This document shows positions 44,221 through 55,319 of a DNA stretch of 64,000 nt, piece after piece (the stretch's first letter is position 1; every line of letters begins with the position of its first letter). A program made the position numbers and the translations under genes. Origin of the DNA: Candidatus Humimonas hydrogenitrophica (lineage in GTDB: Bacteria > Gemmatimonadota > Gemmatimonadetes > Palauibacterales > Palauibacteraceae); assembly GCA_947581615.1 (NCBI GenBank), contig CANPVD010000053.1, forward strand, positions 89,737 to 153,736. Reading direction: 5' to 3'. The notes under the pieces are model-generated. The model saw only the letters and a program-made list of their open reading frames with translations, was not told the origin of the DNA and did no database searches.

Positions 44221-45600
44221 TCAGCCCGTTCGCTCGCGCACCCGGCGGACGACCTCCCGATAGCGCTCCCGGACCTCGCCGCCCTCCGGGGGGGTCCCGC
44301 CACGGGCCACGCGCCGCCCGCCCACGTAGACGTCCCCCAGGTCCGCGCGAGACGCCCCGGTGACCAGGGCATCCAGGACCGCCTCGCCCTCCTGGCCCAG
44401 CCAGGGCGCCGCGTCCTCGTCCAGCACGACGAGGTCGGCGAAGCGGCCCGGCTCCAGCGAGCCCACGGGCAGGCCGAGCGCCGCCGCGCCGCCGGCCGCG
44501 CACCGGCGCCACAGGGGACCGCCCAGCCCTTCGGCCCCGGCCAGCCGCGCGCGGGCCCCGGACGAGAGCCGCTGCCCGAACTCCAGCCAGCGCAGCTCGC
44601 CGACCGCGTCGATGCGGACGTTTCCGTCCGAGCCCACCGCGATCACGCCGCCGCTGGCGACGTGCTCCGCCGCGGGGAACAGGCCGTCCCCGAGCCACGC
44701 CTCGGTCAGGGGACACAGCGCCGTCGTGGCGCCCGCGGCGCGGATCCGGACGAGCTCGCCCGGCGTGGCGTGCGTGGCGTGCACCAGGGTCCAGCGCGCC
44801 CCGAGGGGCGTGTGCCGGTCCAGGAGGTCGATGGGCGTCGTGCCGTGCGCCGCCCGGCACGCCTCCACCTCGGCCGGCTGCTCGGACACGTGCACGTGGA
44901 CCGGGAAGGCGTCGCCCAGCACCTCGCGCGCTCCCTCGAGCAGCGCCGGCAGGTGCCCGGGATCCACCGCGCGCAGCGAGTGGGGCGCCACCCCCAGGCT
45001 CCAGGCCGGTCCGGAGCGTCCGTCCCGCGCGGCCTCCTCCGATCTCCGCCGTGCCGAGAGGCCGGCGAGGAGCCGGAGGTAGCCCGGCAGTCCTCCCGTG
45101 GAGAAGGGCCGCTGCTCGGGGCGCAGGGGCTCGCCGAAGCCCCCGCGCTCGTACAGCACCGGGAGCAGGACCAGCCGGATGCCCGCGTCCCGGGCGGCGC
45201 CGAGGATGGCCTCCGCCATGTCCGCGGGACCCGCTCCGTCGGCGCCGTGGTGCAGGTAGTGGAACTCGGCCACGCTGGTGAACCCGGCGGCCAGCATCTC
45301 CCCGAACGCGAACCGGGCCACGGCCGCCACGTCTTCGGACGTGAGCGACTCCGCCAGCCCGTACATCGCCTCGCGCCAGCTCCAGAAGCTGTCCTCGCCC
45401 CGGCGCGCCTCGCCGCGGCCCGCCAGGGCCCGCTGGAAGGCGTGGCTGTGCGCGTTCGGCATGCCCGGCAGGGCCAGGTAACCGTCCCACGGGCCCGGGT
45501 CGGGCTCCACGGCCGCGATGCGACCCTCCTCGTCCACGACCAGGGCCCGGCCCTCCGCCAGGCCGCCCGGCTCGAGGAGATAGCGGAAGGAGAGCCTCAT
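44221..45600 (-). CDS. hutF: Formimidoylglutamate deiminase
   Basis: PNAHSHAFQRAL, FWSWRE.MY, EFHYLHH, APHSLRAV, HVSEQ.AEV, CPLTE..LGDG. Confidence 0.92.
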   Translation of the reverse strand: MRLSFRYLLEPGGLAEGRALVVDEEGRIAAVEPDPGPWDGYLALPGMPNAHSHAFQRALAGRGEARRGEDSFWSWREAMYGLAESLTSEDVAAVARFAFGEMLAAGFTSVAEFHYLHHGADGAGPADMAEAILGAARDAGIRLVLLPVLYERGGFGEPLRPEQRPFSTGGLPGYLRLLAGLSARRRSEEAARDGRSGPAWSLGVAPHSLRAVDPGHLPALLEGAREVLGDAFPVHVHVSEQPAEVEACRAAHGTTPIDLLDRHTPLGARWTLVHATHATPGELVRIRAAGATTALCPLTEAWLGDGLFPAAEHVASGGVIAVGSDGNVRIDAVGELRWLEFGQRLSSGARARLAGAEGLGGPLWRRCAAGGAAALGLPVGSLEPGRFADLVVLDEDAAPWLGQEGEAVLDALVTGASRADLGDVYVGGRRVARGGTPPEGGEVRERYREVVRRVRERTG

Positions 45601-46835
45601 GCGTCCGCCCGCCATGTCACCCTGCCTCCGATGACGGTGGCGACGCAGGCGTTGGGCCGGTGGTGGTAGAGCCACGTCTCCACGTCCGGCGCGTCGAGGA
45701 TGGCGAAGTCGGCGGCCTTGCCCTTCTCGAGCGATCCCGCCCGCTCCTCCTCTCCGCAGGCCCGCGCGGCGATCAGGGTGGCGCCCTTGAGCGCTTCCGC
45801 GGGCGTCAGCCCTCCCTGGACGCAGGCCAGCGTCATGGCCAGCGGCAGGTGGTAGCTCGGAGCCGAGCCGGGGTTGAAGTCGGTCGCCACGGCCACCGCG
45901 ACGCCGTCCCGCACCATGCGGCGGGCCGGAGCGGGGGGGGCGCCCAGGTAGAGCGAGGCGAGCGGGAGCGCGACGCCCACCGTGGACGCGGCCGCCAGCG
46001 CCCGGATCCCGGCGGGCGAGACGTGCTCGAGGTGGTCGGCCGAGACCGCGCCGAGCTCGGCCGCCAGCTCGGCGCCGCCGCCGTCCCTCAGCTGGTCGAC
46101 GTGGAGCCGGGGCGCCATGCCGTGCTTCCGGCCCGCCTCCAGGACCCGCCGCGCGTCGGCCGGCGTGAACGCCCCCTCCTCGACGAACACGTCGCAGAAA
46201 CGGGCCAGCCCCTCCTCGGCGGCCGCGGGGACGATCTCCTCGCACACCAGCCACACGTAGCCTTCGCGGTCCCCGGCGTACTCCGGCGGCACCGCATGTG
46301 CGGCCAGCAGGGTGGGCACCAGCGCCTGCGGGACGCGCTCCGCCAGGCGGCGGTAGACCCGCAGGAGCTTGATCTCCTGGTGGAGGTCGAGCCCGTAGCC
46401 GCTCTTGGCCTCCACCGTGGTGACGCCCAGGGCCAGCATCCGCTCCAGGAAGCCGGCGGCGCGCTCGACCAGCTCGTCCTCCGACGTCTCGCGCGTGGCG
46501 CGCACGGTGGCGAGGATGCCGCCGCCCGCCCGCGCGATGTCGGCGTAGCTCTCGCCCCGGGCACGCCGCACGAACTCGTCGGCGCGCCACCCGCCGAAGG
46601 CCAGGTGCGTGTGGCAGTCGACCAGGCCCGGAACCACGAGGCGGCCGCCGGCGTCCAGGTCATCCTCGGACTTCCAGGCCGCCAGGCGCCGGGGCATCTT
46701 CGCCTGCGGCCCGGCCCAGGTGACGCGGCCGTCGTCGTCCCAGGCCAGCGCCGCCTCGGGGACCGCGTGGATCTCCCCCTGCCCCCCCTCGGCCGCGCAG
46801 GTGGCCAGGAGGCCGATGTTGCGGAGGGCGGGCAC
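45597..46835 (-). CDS. hutI: Imidazolonepropionase
   Basis: PGLVDCHTH, GGGILATV, EAKSGYGL, DVFVE, SADHLE, ATDFNPGS. Confidence 0.95.
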   Translation of the reverse strand: MPALRNIGLLATCAAEGGQGEIHAVPEAALAWDDDGRVTWAGPQAKMPRRLAAWKSEDDLDAGGRLVVPGLVDCHTHLAFGGWRADEFVRRARGESYADIARAGGGILATVRATRETSEDELVERAAGFLERMLALGVTTVEAKSGYGLDLHQEIKLLRVYRRLAERVPQALVPTLLAAHAVPPEYAGDREGYVWLVCEEIVPAAAEEGLARFCDVFVEEGAFTPADARRVLEAGRKHGMAPRLHVDQLRDGGGAELAAELGAVSADHLEHVSPAGIRALAAASTVGVALPLASLYLGAPPAPARRMVRDGVAVAVATDFNPGSAPSYHLPLAMTLACVQGGLTPAEALKGATLIAARACGEEERAGSLEKGKAADFAILDAPDVETWLYHHRPNACVATVIGGRVTWRADA

Positions 46836-46836
46836 C

Positions 46837-48528
46837 TCAGCCGATCCCGGAGGCCGGGGGACCGTCCAGCATGGGGACGTCGACGCCCCGCTCGCGGGCC
46901 GTGTGGATGGCCTCCTCGTAGCCGGCGTCAGCGTGGCGCGCCACGCCCGAGCCCGGGTCGGCCGTGAGCACCCGCTCCAGCCGCCGGTCGGCCATCTCGG
47001 AACCTTCCGCCACGCACACCATGCCGCCGTGGATCGAGTAGCCGATCCCGACCCCGCCGCCGTGGTGGAGCGACACCCAGCTGGCCCCGCACGCGGTGTT
47101 GAGGAGCGCGTTGAGGAGGGGCCAGTCCGCGATCGCGTCCGAGCCGTCCTTCATGCCCTCGGTCTCCCGGTTGGGCGAAGCCACCGAGCCGGTGTCCAGG
47201 TGGTCCCGCCCGATCACGATCGGGGCGTCCACCTTCCCCTTCCGGACCAGCCAGTTGAAGCGCAGCCCCATCTCGGCGCGCTCGCCGTACTCCAGCCAGC
47301 AGATCCGGGCCGGGAGCCCCTGGAAGTGCACCTGGTCCTGCGCCTTCCGGATCCAGCGCGCCAGGCTCTCCTTCTCCGGGAAGGTCTCGAGCACGGCCCG
47401 GTCGGTCTCGTAGATGTCCTCGGGGTTCCCGGACAGCGCCGCCCACCGGAAGGGGCCGGCGCCGCGGCAGAACAGCGGGCGGATGAAGGCGGGCACGAAG
47501 CCGGGGATGTCGAACGCCTCGTCCAGGCCGCGGTTGTCGGCCACCTGTCCCCGGATGTTGTTGCCGTAGTCGAAGGTGATGGCGCCCTTCTTCTGCAGGG
47601 AGAGCATGGCCTCCACGTGGCGGACCATGGAGTCGAGGACGCGGGTCTCGTAGCCCTCCGGGTCGTCCTCGCGCATCCGCTCCGCCTCCTCCAGCGACAC
47701 CCCGCTCGGGATGTAGCCGATGCGGAGGTCGTGGGCGGAGGTCTGGTCGGTGAGGAAGTCGGGGACCACGTCGCGGCGGTCGAGCTCGGGGATCACGTCG
47801 GCCGCGTTCCCCACGAGCCCCACGCTGAGCGCCTCGCCCTTCTCCTTCGCGTCGAGGACGAGCTCCAGCGCCTCGTCCAGGTCATGGGCCAGCCGGTCGC
47901 AGTAGCCCGTGTCCACGCGGCGCCGGATCCTGGTCTCGTCCACCTCGACGCCCAGGAAGGCGCCGCCGTTCATGGTGGCGGCCAGCGGCTGCGCGCCCCC
48001 CATGCCCCCCAGGCCCGACGTCACGACCAGGCGTCCCGCGAGGTCGCCACCGAAGTGCTGCCGGGCCGCCTCGGCGAAGGTCTCGTAGGTGCCCTGCAGG
48101 ATGCCCTGCGTCCCGATGTAGATCCAGGAGCCGGCCGTCATCTGTCCGTACATGGTGAGGCCGAGGGCCTCAAGGCGCCGGAACTCGTCCCAGGTGGCCC
48201 AGCGCGGCACCAGGTGCGCGTTGGCGATGAGCACGCGCGGTGCCTCCTCGTGCGTGCGGAACACGCCCACCGGCTTCCCGCTCTGCACGAGCATCGTCTC
48301 GTCGTTCTCGAGGCGGCGCAGGGTGTCGACGATGGCGTGGTAGCAGTCCCAGTTCCGCGCCGCCTTCCCCGCCCCGCCGTAGACGATGAGCTCCTCGGGC
48401 TTCTCGGCCACCTCGGGATCGAGGTTGTTCATGAGCATCCGGAGGGCCGCCTCCTGGTGCCAGCCCTTGCAGGAGAGCTCGGTGCCGCGCGGGGCGCGGA
48501 CCGTCTCGGGTGCGGCGGTGGTCGTCAT
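46837..48528 (-). CDS. hutU: Urocanate hydratase
   Basis: [52 protein letters not shown]. Confidence 0.97.
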   Translation of the reverse strand: MTTTAAPETVRAPRGTELSCKGWHQEAALRMLMNNLDPEVAEKPEELIVYGGAGKAARNWDCYHAIVDTLRRLENDETMLVQSGKPVGVFRTHEEAPRVLIANAHLVPRWATWDEFRRLEALGLTMYGQMTAGSWIYIGTQGILQGTYETFAEAARQHFGGDLAGRLVVTSGLGGMGGAQPLAATMNGGAFLGVEVDETRIRRRVDTGYCDRLAHDLDEALELVLDAKEKGEALSVGLVGNAADVIPELDRRDVVPDFLTDQTSAHDLRIGYIPSGVSLEEAERMREDDPEGYETRVLDSMVRHVEAMLSLQKKGAITFDYGNNIRGQVADNRGLDEAFDIPGFVPAFIRPLFCRGAGPFRWAALSGNPEDIYETDRAVLETFPEKESLARWIRKAQDQVHFQGLPARICWLEYGERAEMGLRFNWLVRKGKVDAPIVIGRDHLDTGSVASPNRETEGMKDGSDAIADWPLLNALLNTACGASWVSLHHGGGVGIGYSIHGGMVCVAEGSEMADRRLERVLTADPGSGVARHADAGYEEAIHTARERGVDVPMLDGPPASGIG

Positions 48529-48765
48529 CGGTGCCTCCAGCGGTTGGTCGGATCCCGGGGCGCGCCGCCCCGCCTCATCGTAGATCCCGCGGCCGTTACG
48601 GGCCAGCGGGCCCGATCTCGAGCCCGGCCTGGAGAGCGCGGCCCGCCACCGGCTGGCCGAGGACGGCCGCGGGCCGACCCGGCTGTCGCGCGGGGCGGGC
48701 CCGACCGTAGCTTCGGCCGCGCCCGAGACCGATCCACACTGCGGCGGCCGGAGGACGATGCGAAC

Positions 48766-49674
48766 ATGCGACGGCGGACCGCGGGAGACGCGGTGAAGGG
48801 CCGCTTCCCTCCCGGGATCCGTTACATGGCGGGAGCCGCCTTCGGGTTCAGCCTCATGAGCCTGTTCGTGAAGATCGCCGGACAGAGGCTGCCCACGGCC
48901 GAGGTGGTGCTGGCCCGCGGCGTCGTCATCGTGCTGGTGACGCGCGTCCTGCTGTGGCGGGCGGGGATCGCCCCGTGGGGGACCAGGAAGGGGCTCCTCC
49001 TCTTTCGCGGCCTGTTCGGCTTCGCGGCGGTCGGCTGCTTCTACTACGCCATCGCCCACATCCCGCTGGCCGATGCCACGGTCATCCAGTACACGAACCC
49101 GGTGTGGACGGCGCTCCTCGCCGCCGCCGTGCTGGACGAGCATCTCCGCCCCGTGGAGGTGGTGGGCACGGCCGCCTGCCTGGCCGGCGTCCTGCTGGTG
49201 GCGCGCCCCTCCTTCCTGTTCGGGGCCGAGAGCGCCCACCTCGATCCCCTGGTGGCCGGCATCGCCCTCGCCGGCTCGATGCTGAGCGCGGCCGCCTACG
49301 TCACCGTCCGCAAGCTCGGGGAGAGCGAAGACGCCCTGGTGATCGTGTTCTACTTCGCCCTGGTCAGCACGGTCGGGTCTTTTCCCGTGGCCGCCACCGA
49401 GGCGGTGTGGCCCACGGGCGCGGAGTGGCTGGCGCTGCTCGGCGTGGGGGTGACGGCGCAGGCGGCCCAGCTCCTCATGACGCATGGTCTCAAGCGGGAG
49501 CGGGCCGGCCGCGCCATGGCGGTCGGCTACCTGCAGATCGTGTTCGCCGGCCTGTGGGGGGCCCTGTTCTTCGCCGAGATCCCGGGCCTGTGGAGCTACG
49601 CGGGCGCCGCCCTCGTGGTCGCCGGCACCTGGATGATCGGCCGGCGGGGGACCTCGGGGGCGGCCTCAGCCTAG
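48766..49674 (+). CDS. EamA/DMT transporter
   Basis: [31 protein letters not shown]; start uncertain. Confidence 0.85.
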   Translation: MRRRTAGDAVKGRFPPGIRYMAGAAFGFSLMSLFVKIAGQRLPTAEVVLARGVVIVLVTRVLLWRAGIAPWGTRKGLLLFRGLFGFAAVGCFYYAIAHIPLADATVIQYTNPVWTALLAAAVLDEHLRPVEVVGTAACLAGVLLVARPSFLFGAESAHLDPLVAGIALAGSMLSAAAYVTVRKLGESEDALVIVFYFALVSTVGSFPVAATEAVWPTGAEWLALLGVGVTAQAAQLLMTHGLKRERAGRAMAVGYLQIVFAGLWGALFFAEIPGLWSYAGAALVVAGTWMIGRRGTSGAASA

Positions 49675-50540
49675 AGCTCCGCGCCCTCCGACTCCGAGGG
49701 CGGCCGACCGCCCGGCTCCAGCCCCATCCACGCTCCGTACAGCTCCGGCCGCCGGTCGCGCCAGAACAGCCGGCGGGCGTGGGAGCGCTCGCAGGCGGCC
49801 GGGTCCACGTCGGCGATCACCAGGTCCTCCTCGCCGCTCGCGCCCCTCGCCGTGACCCGCCCCTCGGGGTCGACCACGAACGACTCCCCCGCGAACGCCA
49901 GCTCGCCCTCCTCGCCCACGCGGTTGCACAGGGCGGCCCAGTAGCCGTTCTGGAAGGCCGCCGCGCGCACCTCGGCCTCGTACAGCCCCTCGGGCCACTC
50001 GCCGGCCGTGCCGGCCTGCGGGATCACGACCAGCTCGGCGCCGGCCACGCCCAGGGCGCGCATGTACTCGGGGTAGTGGCGGTCGTAGCAGATGGCCACG
50101 CCGACCCGCCCCACGGCCGTGTCGTACACGGGCGCCCCCCGGTCGCCGGGATGGTAGTACGCCTGCTCGTGGAAGCCCGGGTAGTCGGTGATGTGGACCA
50201 TGCGGGTCACGCCGAGGAGCGAGCCGTCGGCATCGATCACGGGCGAGCTGTCGAAGCGGCGGCCCCGCTGGTCCACCTCGTACAGGTTGAACACGACCAC
50301 CAGGGAGAGCTCCGCCGCCCGACGGGCGATCCGCCCGGTCGTCGGACCCGGCACGGGCTCGGCCAGTCCGTCGGAGCCCTCCCAGCACCGAAGTCTCGGG
50401 AAGAACGGCTCCAGGGCCAGCTCCGGGAACGCCACCAGCCCGGCGCCCGCCTCCGCCGCCCGCCCCATCGCCTCCAGCGCGGCCCCCAGGTTCCGCTCCC
50501 GGTCCGGACCCGCCCGTCCCTGCACCAGCGCGATCCTCAT
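49671..50540 (-). CDS. Carbon-nitrogen hydrolase (nitrilase superfamily)
   Basis: FPEL, ICYDRHYPE, NRVGEE, FAGESF, RDRRPELY; catalytic Lys position occupied by Met. Confidence 0.88.
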   Translation of the reverse strand: MRIALVQGRAGPDRERNLGAALEAMGRAAEAGAGLVAFPELALEPFFPRLRCWEGSDGLAEPVPGPTTGRIARRAAELSLVVVFNLYEVDQRGRRFDSSPVIDADGSLLGVTRMVHITDYPGFHEQAYYHPGDRGAPVYDTAVGRVGVAICYDRHYPEYMRALGVAGAELVVIPQAGTAGEWPEGLYEAEVRAAAFQNGYWAALCNRVGEEGELAFAGESFVVDPEGRVTARGASGEEDLVIADVDPAACERSHARRLFWRDRRPELYGAWMGLEPGGRPPSESEGAEL

Positions 50541-50698
50541 CGGCTCCTCCGCGCGTGTCCGCTCCGTGCCACCCTCGAGGTGCGCATCCTACGCCTTGCC
50601 GCGCGCCGGGTCACGGTCCGAGATTGGCCCGCCGCTCCCGCGGCCGACCCGGTCCGGGAGCGCGGTGCCCAAGAACGGTCTCAGCAGGGAGTCCTCAC

Positions 50699-53311
50699 AT
50701 GATCGACCTCGGCCCCGTCCGACCCGGTCCGTCCCGGGTTCGCCTCCTCCTCCTCGCCGGCTGCACCCTCTGCCTGGGATTCCTCCTCGCTCCGCCGGGC
50801 GCGGCGGCGCTGCGCGCGCAGGAGGCCGGACACGGCGGGGCCGCGACCGAGGGCGTCAAGCCGCTGCCCACGATCGAGGCGAAGACGAAGGGCATGGAGC
50901 CCATGCCCGGCTACTTCGACCTCTACTGGGACGGCCAGGCCGACAAGCTCTACCTCGAGGTCGACCGCTTCGACCACGAGTTCCTCTACCAGGAGTCGCT
51001 GGCCACGGGGCTCGGCTCGAACCCGGTGGGCCTGGACCGGGGCCAGGAGGGCACCACCCGCGTCCTGGTGGCCAGGCGCGTGGGCCGCAGGATCCTGTTC
51101 GTCCAGCCCAACCTCGGCTACCGGGCGCGCAGCGGAAGCGAGGCCGAGAAAGCGGCCGTGCGCGAAGCGTTCGCCCCGGGCACGGTGTGGGGCTTCGACG
51201 CGGTGGCCCGCACGGGCGACCGCTGGCTCGTGGACGCGACCCCCTTCTTCATCCGTGACGCGCACGGCGTCGTCCAGACCCTGAAGCGCACCGGCCAGGG
51301 CGACTTCAAGCTGGACGCGAGCCGCAGCACGATCTACCTGCCCCGTACGAAGGCGTTTCCGAAGAACACCGAGGTCGAGGCGTGGCTGACCTACACGAGC
51401 CCCCGCCCCGGGCCGCTCGTGCGCCGCACGGCCGCCGACGCGGAGGCTGTCTCGATGCGGGCCCACTACTCCCTCGTGCAGCTCCCCGACGACGGCTACC
51501 GGCCACGCCGCGCGGACCCGCGCGTCGGGACCTTCGCGGTCGACTTCCAGGACTACGCGGTCCCCATCGACCAGGACATCCACGTGCGCTGGGCCACGCG
51601 CCACCTCCTGGTCAAGAAAGACCCGACGGCGGCCGTGTCCGAGCCGGTGAAGCCGCTGGTCTACTACGTGGATCCCGGCATCCCCGAGCCCATCCGCAGC
51701 GCCGTCATGGAGGGCATCTCCTGGTGGTCCAAGGCGTTCGAGGCCGCCGGCTTCGAGAACGCCTTCCAGGTGAAGGTGCTGCCGGACAGCGCCGACCCCA
51801 TGGACCTGCGCTACAACATCGTGCACTGGACGCACCGCCGGACGCGCGGCTGGTCGTACGGCGCCTCGGTGGTGGACCCGCGCACGGGCGAGATCCTCAA
51901 GGCCAACGTCAACCTGGGCAGCCTGCGCCTGCGCCAGGACCACCTCATCGGTCAGGGGCTGGTGCCGAGCTATGCGGGAGCGGCGGCCGACGGCGCCGGG
52001 ATGGGCACGGACGCCCGGGGCGTGGGTGGCTGCGACTACGGCCAGGGACCCTCGTTCGGCTACCTGGCCGACCTGGACCCGAACACGACCCCGACCCAGA
52101 TGGCGCTGGCCCGCGTCCGCCAGCTGGCGGCGCACGAGGTCGGCCACACGCTGGGGCTGGCGCACAACTTCATGGCCAGCACCTACGGCCGGGCCAGCGT
52201 CATGGACTATCCGGCGCCGGTCGTGAAGATCCGCGACGACGGTACGCTCGACCTGTCGGACGCGTACGGCGTGGGCGTGGGCGCCTACGACCTGTTCGCG
52301 ATCAGGTGGCTGTACAGCCAGTTCCCGAAGGGCACGGACGAGGCCGCCGCCCTGGACTCGATCGTCCAGGACGGCCTCAAGAGCGGGTACGGCTTCATCA
52401 CCGACGCCGACGCGCGGCCGGCCGGCGCCGCCCACCCGCTGGCCGCCCTGTGGGACAACGGCTCGAACCCCGTGGACTACCTGGAGCACGAGCTTCAGGT
52501 CCGGAGGGTGGGACTCGAGCACTTCGGTCCGGATGTGATCCGGAAGGGCGAGCCGATGGCCTCGCTCGAGTACGTGCTCGTTCCGCTCTACCTGCATCAC
52601 CGCTACCAGCTCAACGCGGCCGCCCACAGCCTGGGAGGCGACGATTACCGCTTCGCCATGCGGGGTGACGGCCAGACGCCGAACACGCCGGTGGCGCCGG
52701 CCCAGCAGGAGAAGGCGCTCCGGGAGATGCTCTCGACGCTGGATCCCTCCTTCCTTGCCATCCCGAGCCGCATCCTGGACATGATCCCGCCGCCAGCCTA
52801 CGGGATGGCGCCCGGCGAGAGCTTCGACTCGCGCACGGCGCCCGTGTTCGACCCGCTGGGCGTGGCCGCCTCCTCGGCGCGCTTCACGCTGGACCTCATC
52901 CTCCAGCCGCAGCGCATGGCCCGCCTGGTGGCGCAGCACGCCCGGAACCCGAAGGAGCCCGGCCTCGGCCAGGTGCTGGACCGGACGCTGGACGCCACCT
53001 GGCGCGCCCCCGCCCCGGACGACGGCTACCGACTCGCCATCCGGCGCACGGTGGACCGGGTGTTCCTGGACCGGCTCCTCGAGCAGGCCGGGAGCGGCCG
53101 GAACACCGAGCTGGTACGGGCCGAGCTCGACGCGGGAGTTCGGTCGCTGCGCGACTGGCTGGCGGCGCGGCCCCACGAGGATCCCGTGCAGGCCAAGGCG
53201 CTCGAGGACATCCAGCGCTGGATGGCGCGCCCCCAGGGCACCACCCCCCCGGCGACCGTCGAGCCGCTCCCGCCGGGCGACCCGATCGGCAGCGGTGGCG
53301 GCGGGCGCTGA
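50699..53311 (+). CDS. Exported zinc-dependent metalloprotease (metzincin-like)
   Basis: Signal peptide; HEVGHTLGLAHNF; SVMDYP Met-turn; DPRTGEI. Confidence 0.9.
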   Translation: MIDLGPVRPGPSRVRLLLLAGCTLCLGFLLAPPGAAALRAQEAGHGGAATEGVKPLPTIEAKTKGMEPMPGYFDLYWDGQADKLYLEVDRFDHEFLYQESLATGLGSNPVGLDRGQEGTTRVLVARRVGRRILFVQPNLGYRARSGSEAEKAAVREAFAPGTVWGFDAVARTGDRWLVDATPFFIRDAHGVVQTLKRTGQGDFKLDASRSTIYLPRTKAFPKNTEVEAWLTYTSPRPGPLVRRTAADAEAVSMRAHYSLVQLPDDGYRPRRADPRVGTFAVDFQDYAVPIDQDIHVRWATRHLLVKKDPTAAVSEPVKPLVYYVDPGIPEPIRSAVMEGISWWSKAFEAAGFENAFQVKVLPDSADPMDLRYNIVHWTHRRTRGWSYGASVVDPRTGEILKANVNLGSLRLRQDHLIGQGLVPSYAGAAADGAGMGTDARGVGGCDYGQGPSFGYLADLDPNTTPTQMALARVRQLAAHEVGHTLGLAHNFMASTYGRASVMDYPAPVVKIRDDGTLDLSDAYGVGVGAYDLFAIRWLYSQFPKGTDEAAALDSIVQDGLKSGYGFITDADARPAGAAHPLAALWDNGSNPVDYLEHELQVRRVGLEHFGPDVIRKGEPMASLEYVLVPLYLHHRYQLNAAAHSLGGDDYRFAMRGDGQTPNTPVAPAQQEKALREMLSTLDPSFLAIPSRILDMIPPPAYGMAPGESFDSRTAPVFDPLGVAASSARFTLDLILQPQRMARLVAQHARNPKEPGLGQVLDRTLDATWRAPAPDDGYRLAIRRTVDRVFLDRLLEQAGSGRNTELVRAELDAGVRSLRDWLAARPHEDPVQAKALEDIQRWMARPQGTTPPATVEPLPPGDPIGSGGGGR

Positions 53312-53481
53312 GCGCGTCCTCGTGAGACTCCCGCGCTCGGGCCGGTGAGCCCGACGGCAGCTTGCCGCCCGCGCCGGGGCGGGCGAAGTTGTGCCCGCCC
53401 CGGGGGCCGCCCGCTCGGCCCCTCGTCCGACCCGCCGCATCCCACGCCGGAGCGCGCATTCCTCGAGGAGGCGGAGCACGC

Positions 53482-55005
53482 ATGAGCACCCCGACGTCGA
53501 CGCCCGACCCCACCGACCGTTCGGACAGGCCCGGCGCCCCGCCCCGCGACGGCTTCTTCGGCCATCCCCGCGGGCTGGCGACGCTGTTCTTCACCGAGAT
53601 GTGGGAGCGTTTCAGCTACTACGGGATGCGCGGCATCCTCATCCTGTTCATGGTCGACGCCGCGGCCACGGGCGGCATGGGCCTCACCGACAAGAGGGCC
53701 GCCGCCATCTACGGGCTCTACACGGCCGGCGTCTACCTGCTGGCCCTGCCCGGCGGCTGGATCGCCGACCGCATCCTGGGCCAGCGGAACGCCGTGTTCC
53801 TGGGCGGCATCGTGATCGCCTTCGGACACTTCAGCATGGCCATCCCGACCACCGGGACTTTCTTCCTGGGGCTGGCGCTCATCATGGTCGGCACCGGGCT
53901 CCTCAAGCCCAACGTGAGCTCGATCGTCGGGGAGCTGTACCCCGAGGGCGGCGCGCGCCGCGACGCCGGCTTCTCGGTGTTCTACATGGGGATCAACCTG
54001 GGCGCCTTCGTGGGACCGATCATCTGCGGTTTCCTGGGCGAGAAAATCAACTGGCACCTGGGGTTCAGCGCCGCCGGAATCGGCATGGTGCTGGGCCTGA
54101 TCCAGTACAAGATGGGCGGCAAGTACCTGGGCGATTGTGGCCACATGGAGCCCGAGGAGCAGGCGCGCCGGCCCGCGGCGGTGCGCGCCCTCGTGGCCGG
54201 GCTGGCCGCGTTCGCCGCCATCGCCGCGGCGCTGTGGCTGCTCCAGGCCGGCGGGATCGCCCGCATCACGTTCGAGAGGGTGGCCGAGGGCGCCGCCTAC
54301 GTGATCGTGGGCGTGGCGGTCCTCTACTTCGGCTCGGTGCTCGCCTTCGGGGAGCTCACGAGCGAGCAGAAGAAGCGCGTGGTCGTGATCTTCCTCCTGT
54401 TCGCGGCGGCGGCGCTGTTCTGGTCGGGCTTCGAGCAGGCCGGGTCGTCCATGAACCTGTTCGCCGAACGGCTCACCGACCGGACGGTGTTCGGGTGGCA
54501 GGCCCCGGCGAGCGCGCTCCAGGCGGTGAACCCGTTGTTCATCATCATCTTCGCGCCGGTGTTCGGCTCCCTGTGGGTGTGGCTCAACGCCCGGAAGCGC
54601 GAGCCCTCGATCCCGGTCAAGTTCGGCATGGGCCTCCTCCTGCTGGCCGTGAGCTTCCTGGTGATGATGTGGGCGGCCACGCAGGCGAGCGAGACGCACC
54701 GGGTCACCCCCTTCTTCCTGATCGCCGCCTACTTCTTCCAGACGTGCGGCGAGTTGTCGCTGAGTCCGGTCGGACTGTCGAGCGTGACGAAGCTGGCGCC
54801 GAAGCGGCTGGTGAGTCAGATGATGGGCACGTGGTTCATGGGCTCGGCGCTCGGGAACCTGGTGGCCGGGCTCGTGGCGGGGCAGTTCCAGAGCATGCCC
54901 CTCCCCGAGCTGTTCGGGCGGGTCGCCCTGTGGGCGGCGGCGGGTGGCTTCCTCATGCTGCTGTTCTTCAAGCCGATCAAGAAGCTCATGGGCGGCGTGC
55001 GGTAG
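53482..55005 (+). CDS. POT/PTR proton-dependent peptide transporter
   Basis: FFGHPRGL, EMWERFSYYGMR, GTGLLKPN, FYMGINLGA. Confidence 0.95.
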   Translation: MSTPTSTPDPTDRSDRPGAPPRDGFFGHPRGLATLFFTEMWERFSYYGMRGILILFMVDAAATGGMGLTDKRAAAIYGLYTAGVYLLALPGGWIADRILGQRNAVFLGGIVIAFGHFSMAIPTTGTFFLGLALIMVGTGLLKPNVSSIVGELYPEGGARRDAGFSVFYMGINLGAFVGPIICGFLGEKINWHLGFSAAGIGMVLGLIQYKMGGKYLGDCGHMEPEEQARRPAAVRALVAGLAAFAAIAAALWLLQAGGIARITFERVAEGAAYVIVGVAVLYFGSVLAFGELTSEQKKRVVVIFLLFAAAALFWSGFEQAGSSMNLFAERLTDRTVFGWQAPASALQAVNPLFIIIFAPVFGSLWVWLNARKREPSIPVKFGMGLLLLAVSFLVMMWAATQASETHRVTPFFLIAAYFFQTCGELSLSPVGLSSVTKLAPKRLVSQMMGTWFMGSALGNLVAGLVAGQFQSMPLPELFGRVALWAAAGGFLMLLFFKPIKKLMGGVR

Positions 55006-55319
55006 TGGACGCCCGTCCGCGCTTCATGCCCTCCGGGCTCACGCGGCATCAGCGCCGTGTGTACGGCGCCGTGACGATCTTCTTCATCGTGGTCTTCTTC
55101 GCGCTGATGTGGCCCGTCTACGCCCTATTTTCGGGCATCCGGCCCATCGTCCTCGGCATGCCCTTCTCGCTCGTCTACCTGGTCGTGATCCTGGCGGCCT
55201 CCTTCCTGGTGCTCCTCGGCGTGTTCACGTGGGAGGGCCGCGCCGAGGGCGGGCCCGACGAGGGGGACGGCCGCGCGGCGGACGGGCCCGGCGCGCAGGA
55301 CGGCGTGGGGCGCCGCTGA
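55005..55319 (+). CDS. Small two-TM partner of a sodium:solute symporter (DUF3311/DUF485-like)
   Basis: MWPVYALF..RPIVLGMPFSL; stop overlaps the symporter ATG. Confidence 0.75.
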   Translation: MDARPRFMPSGLTRHQRRVYGAVTIFFIVVFFALMWPVYALFSGIRPIVLGMPFSLVYLVVILAASFLVLLGVFTWEGRAEGGPDEGDGRAADGPGAQDGVGRR

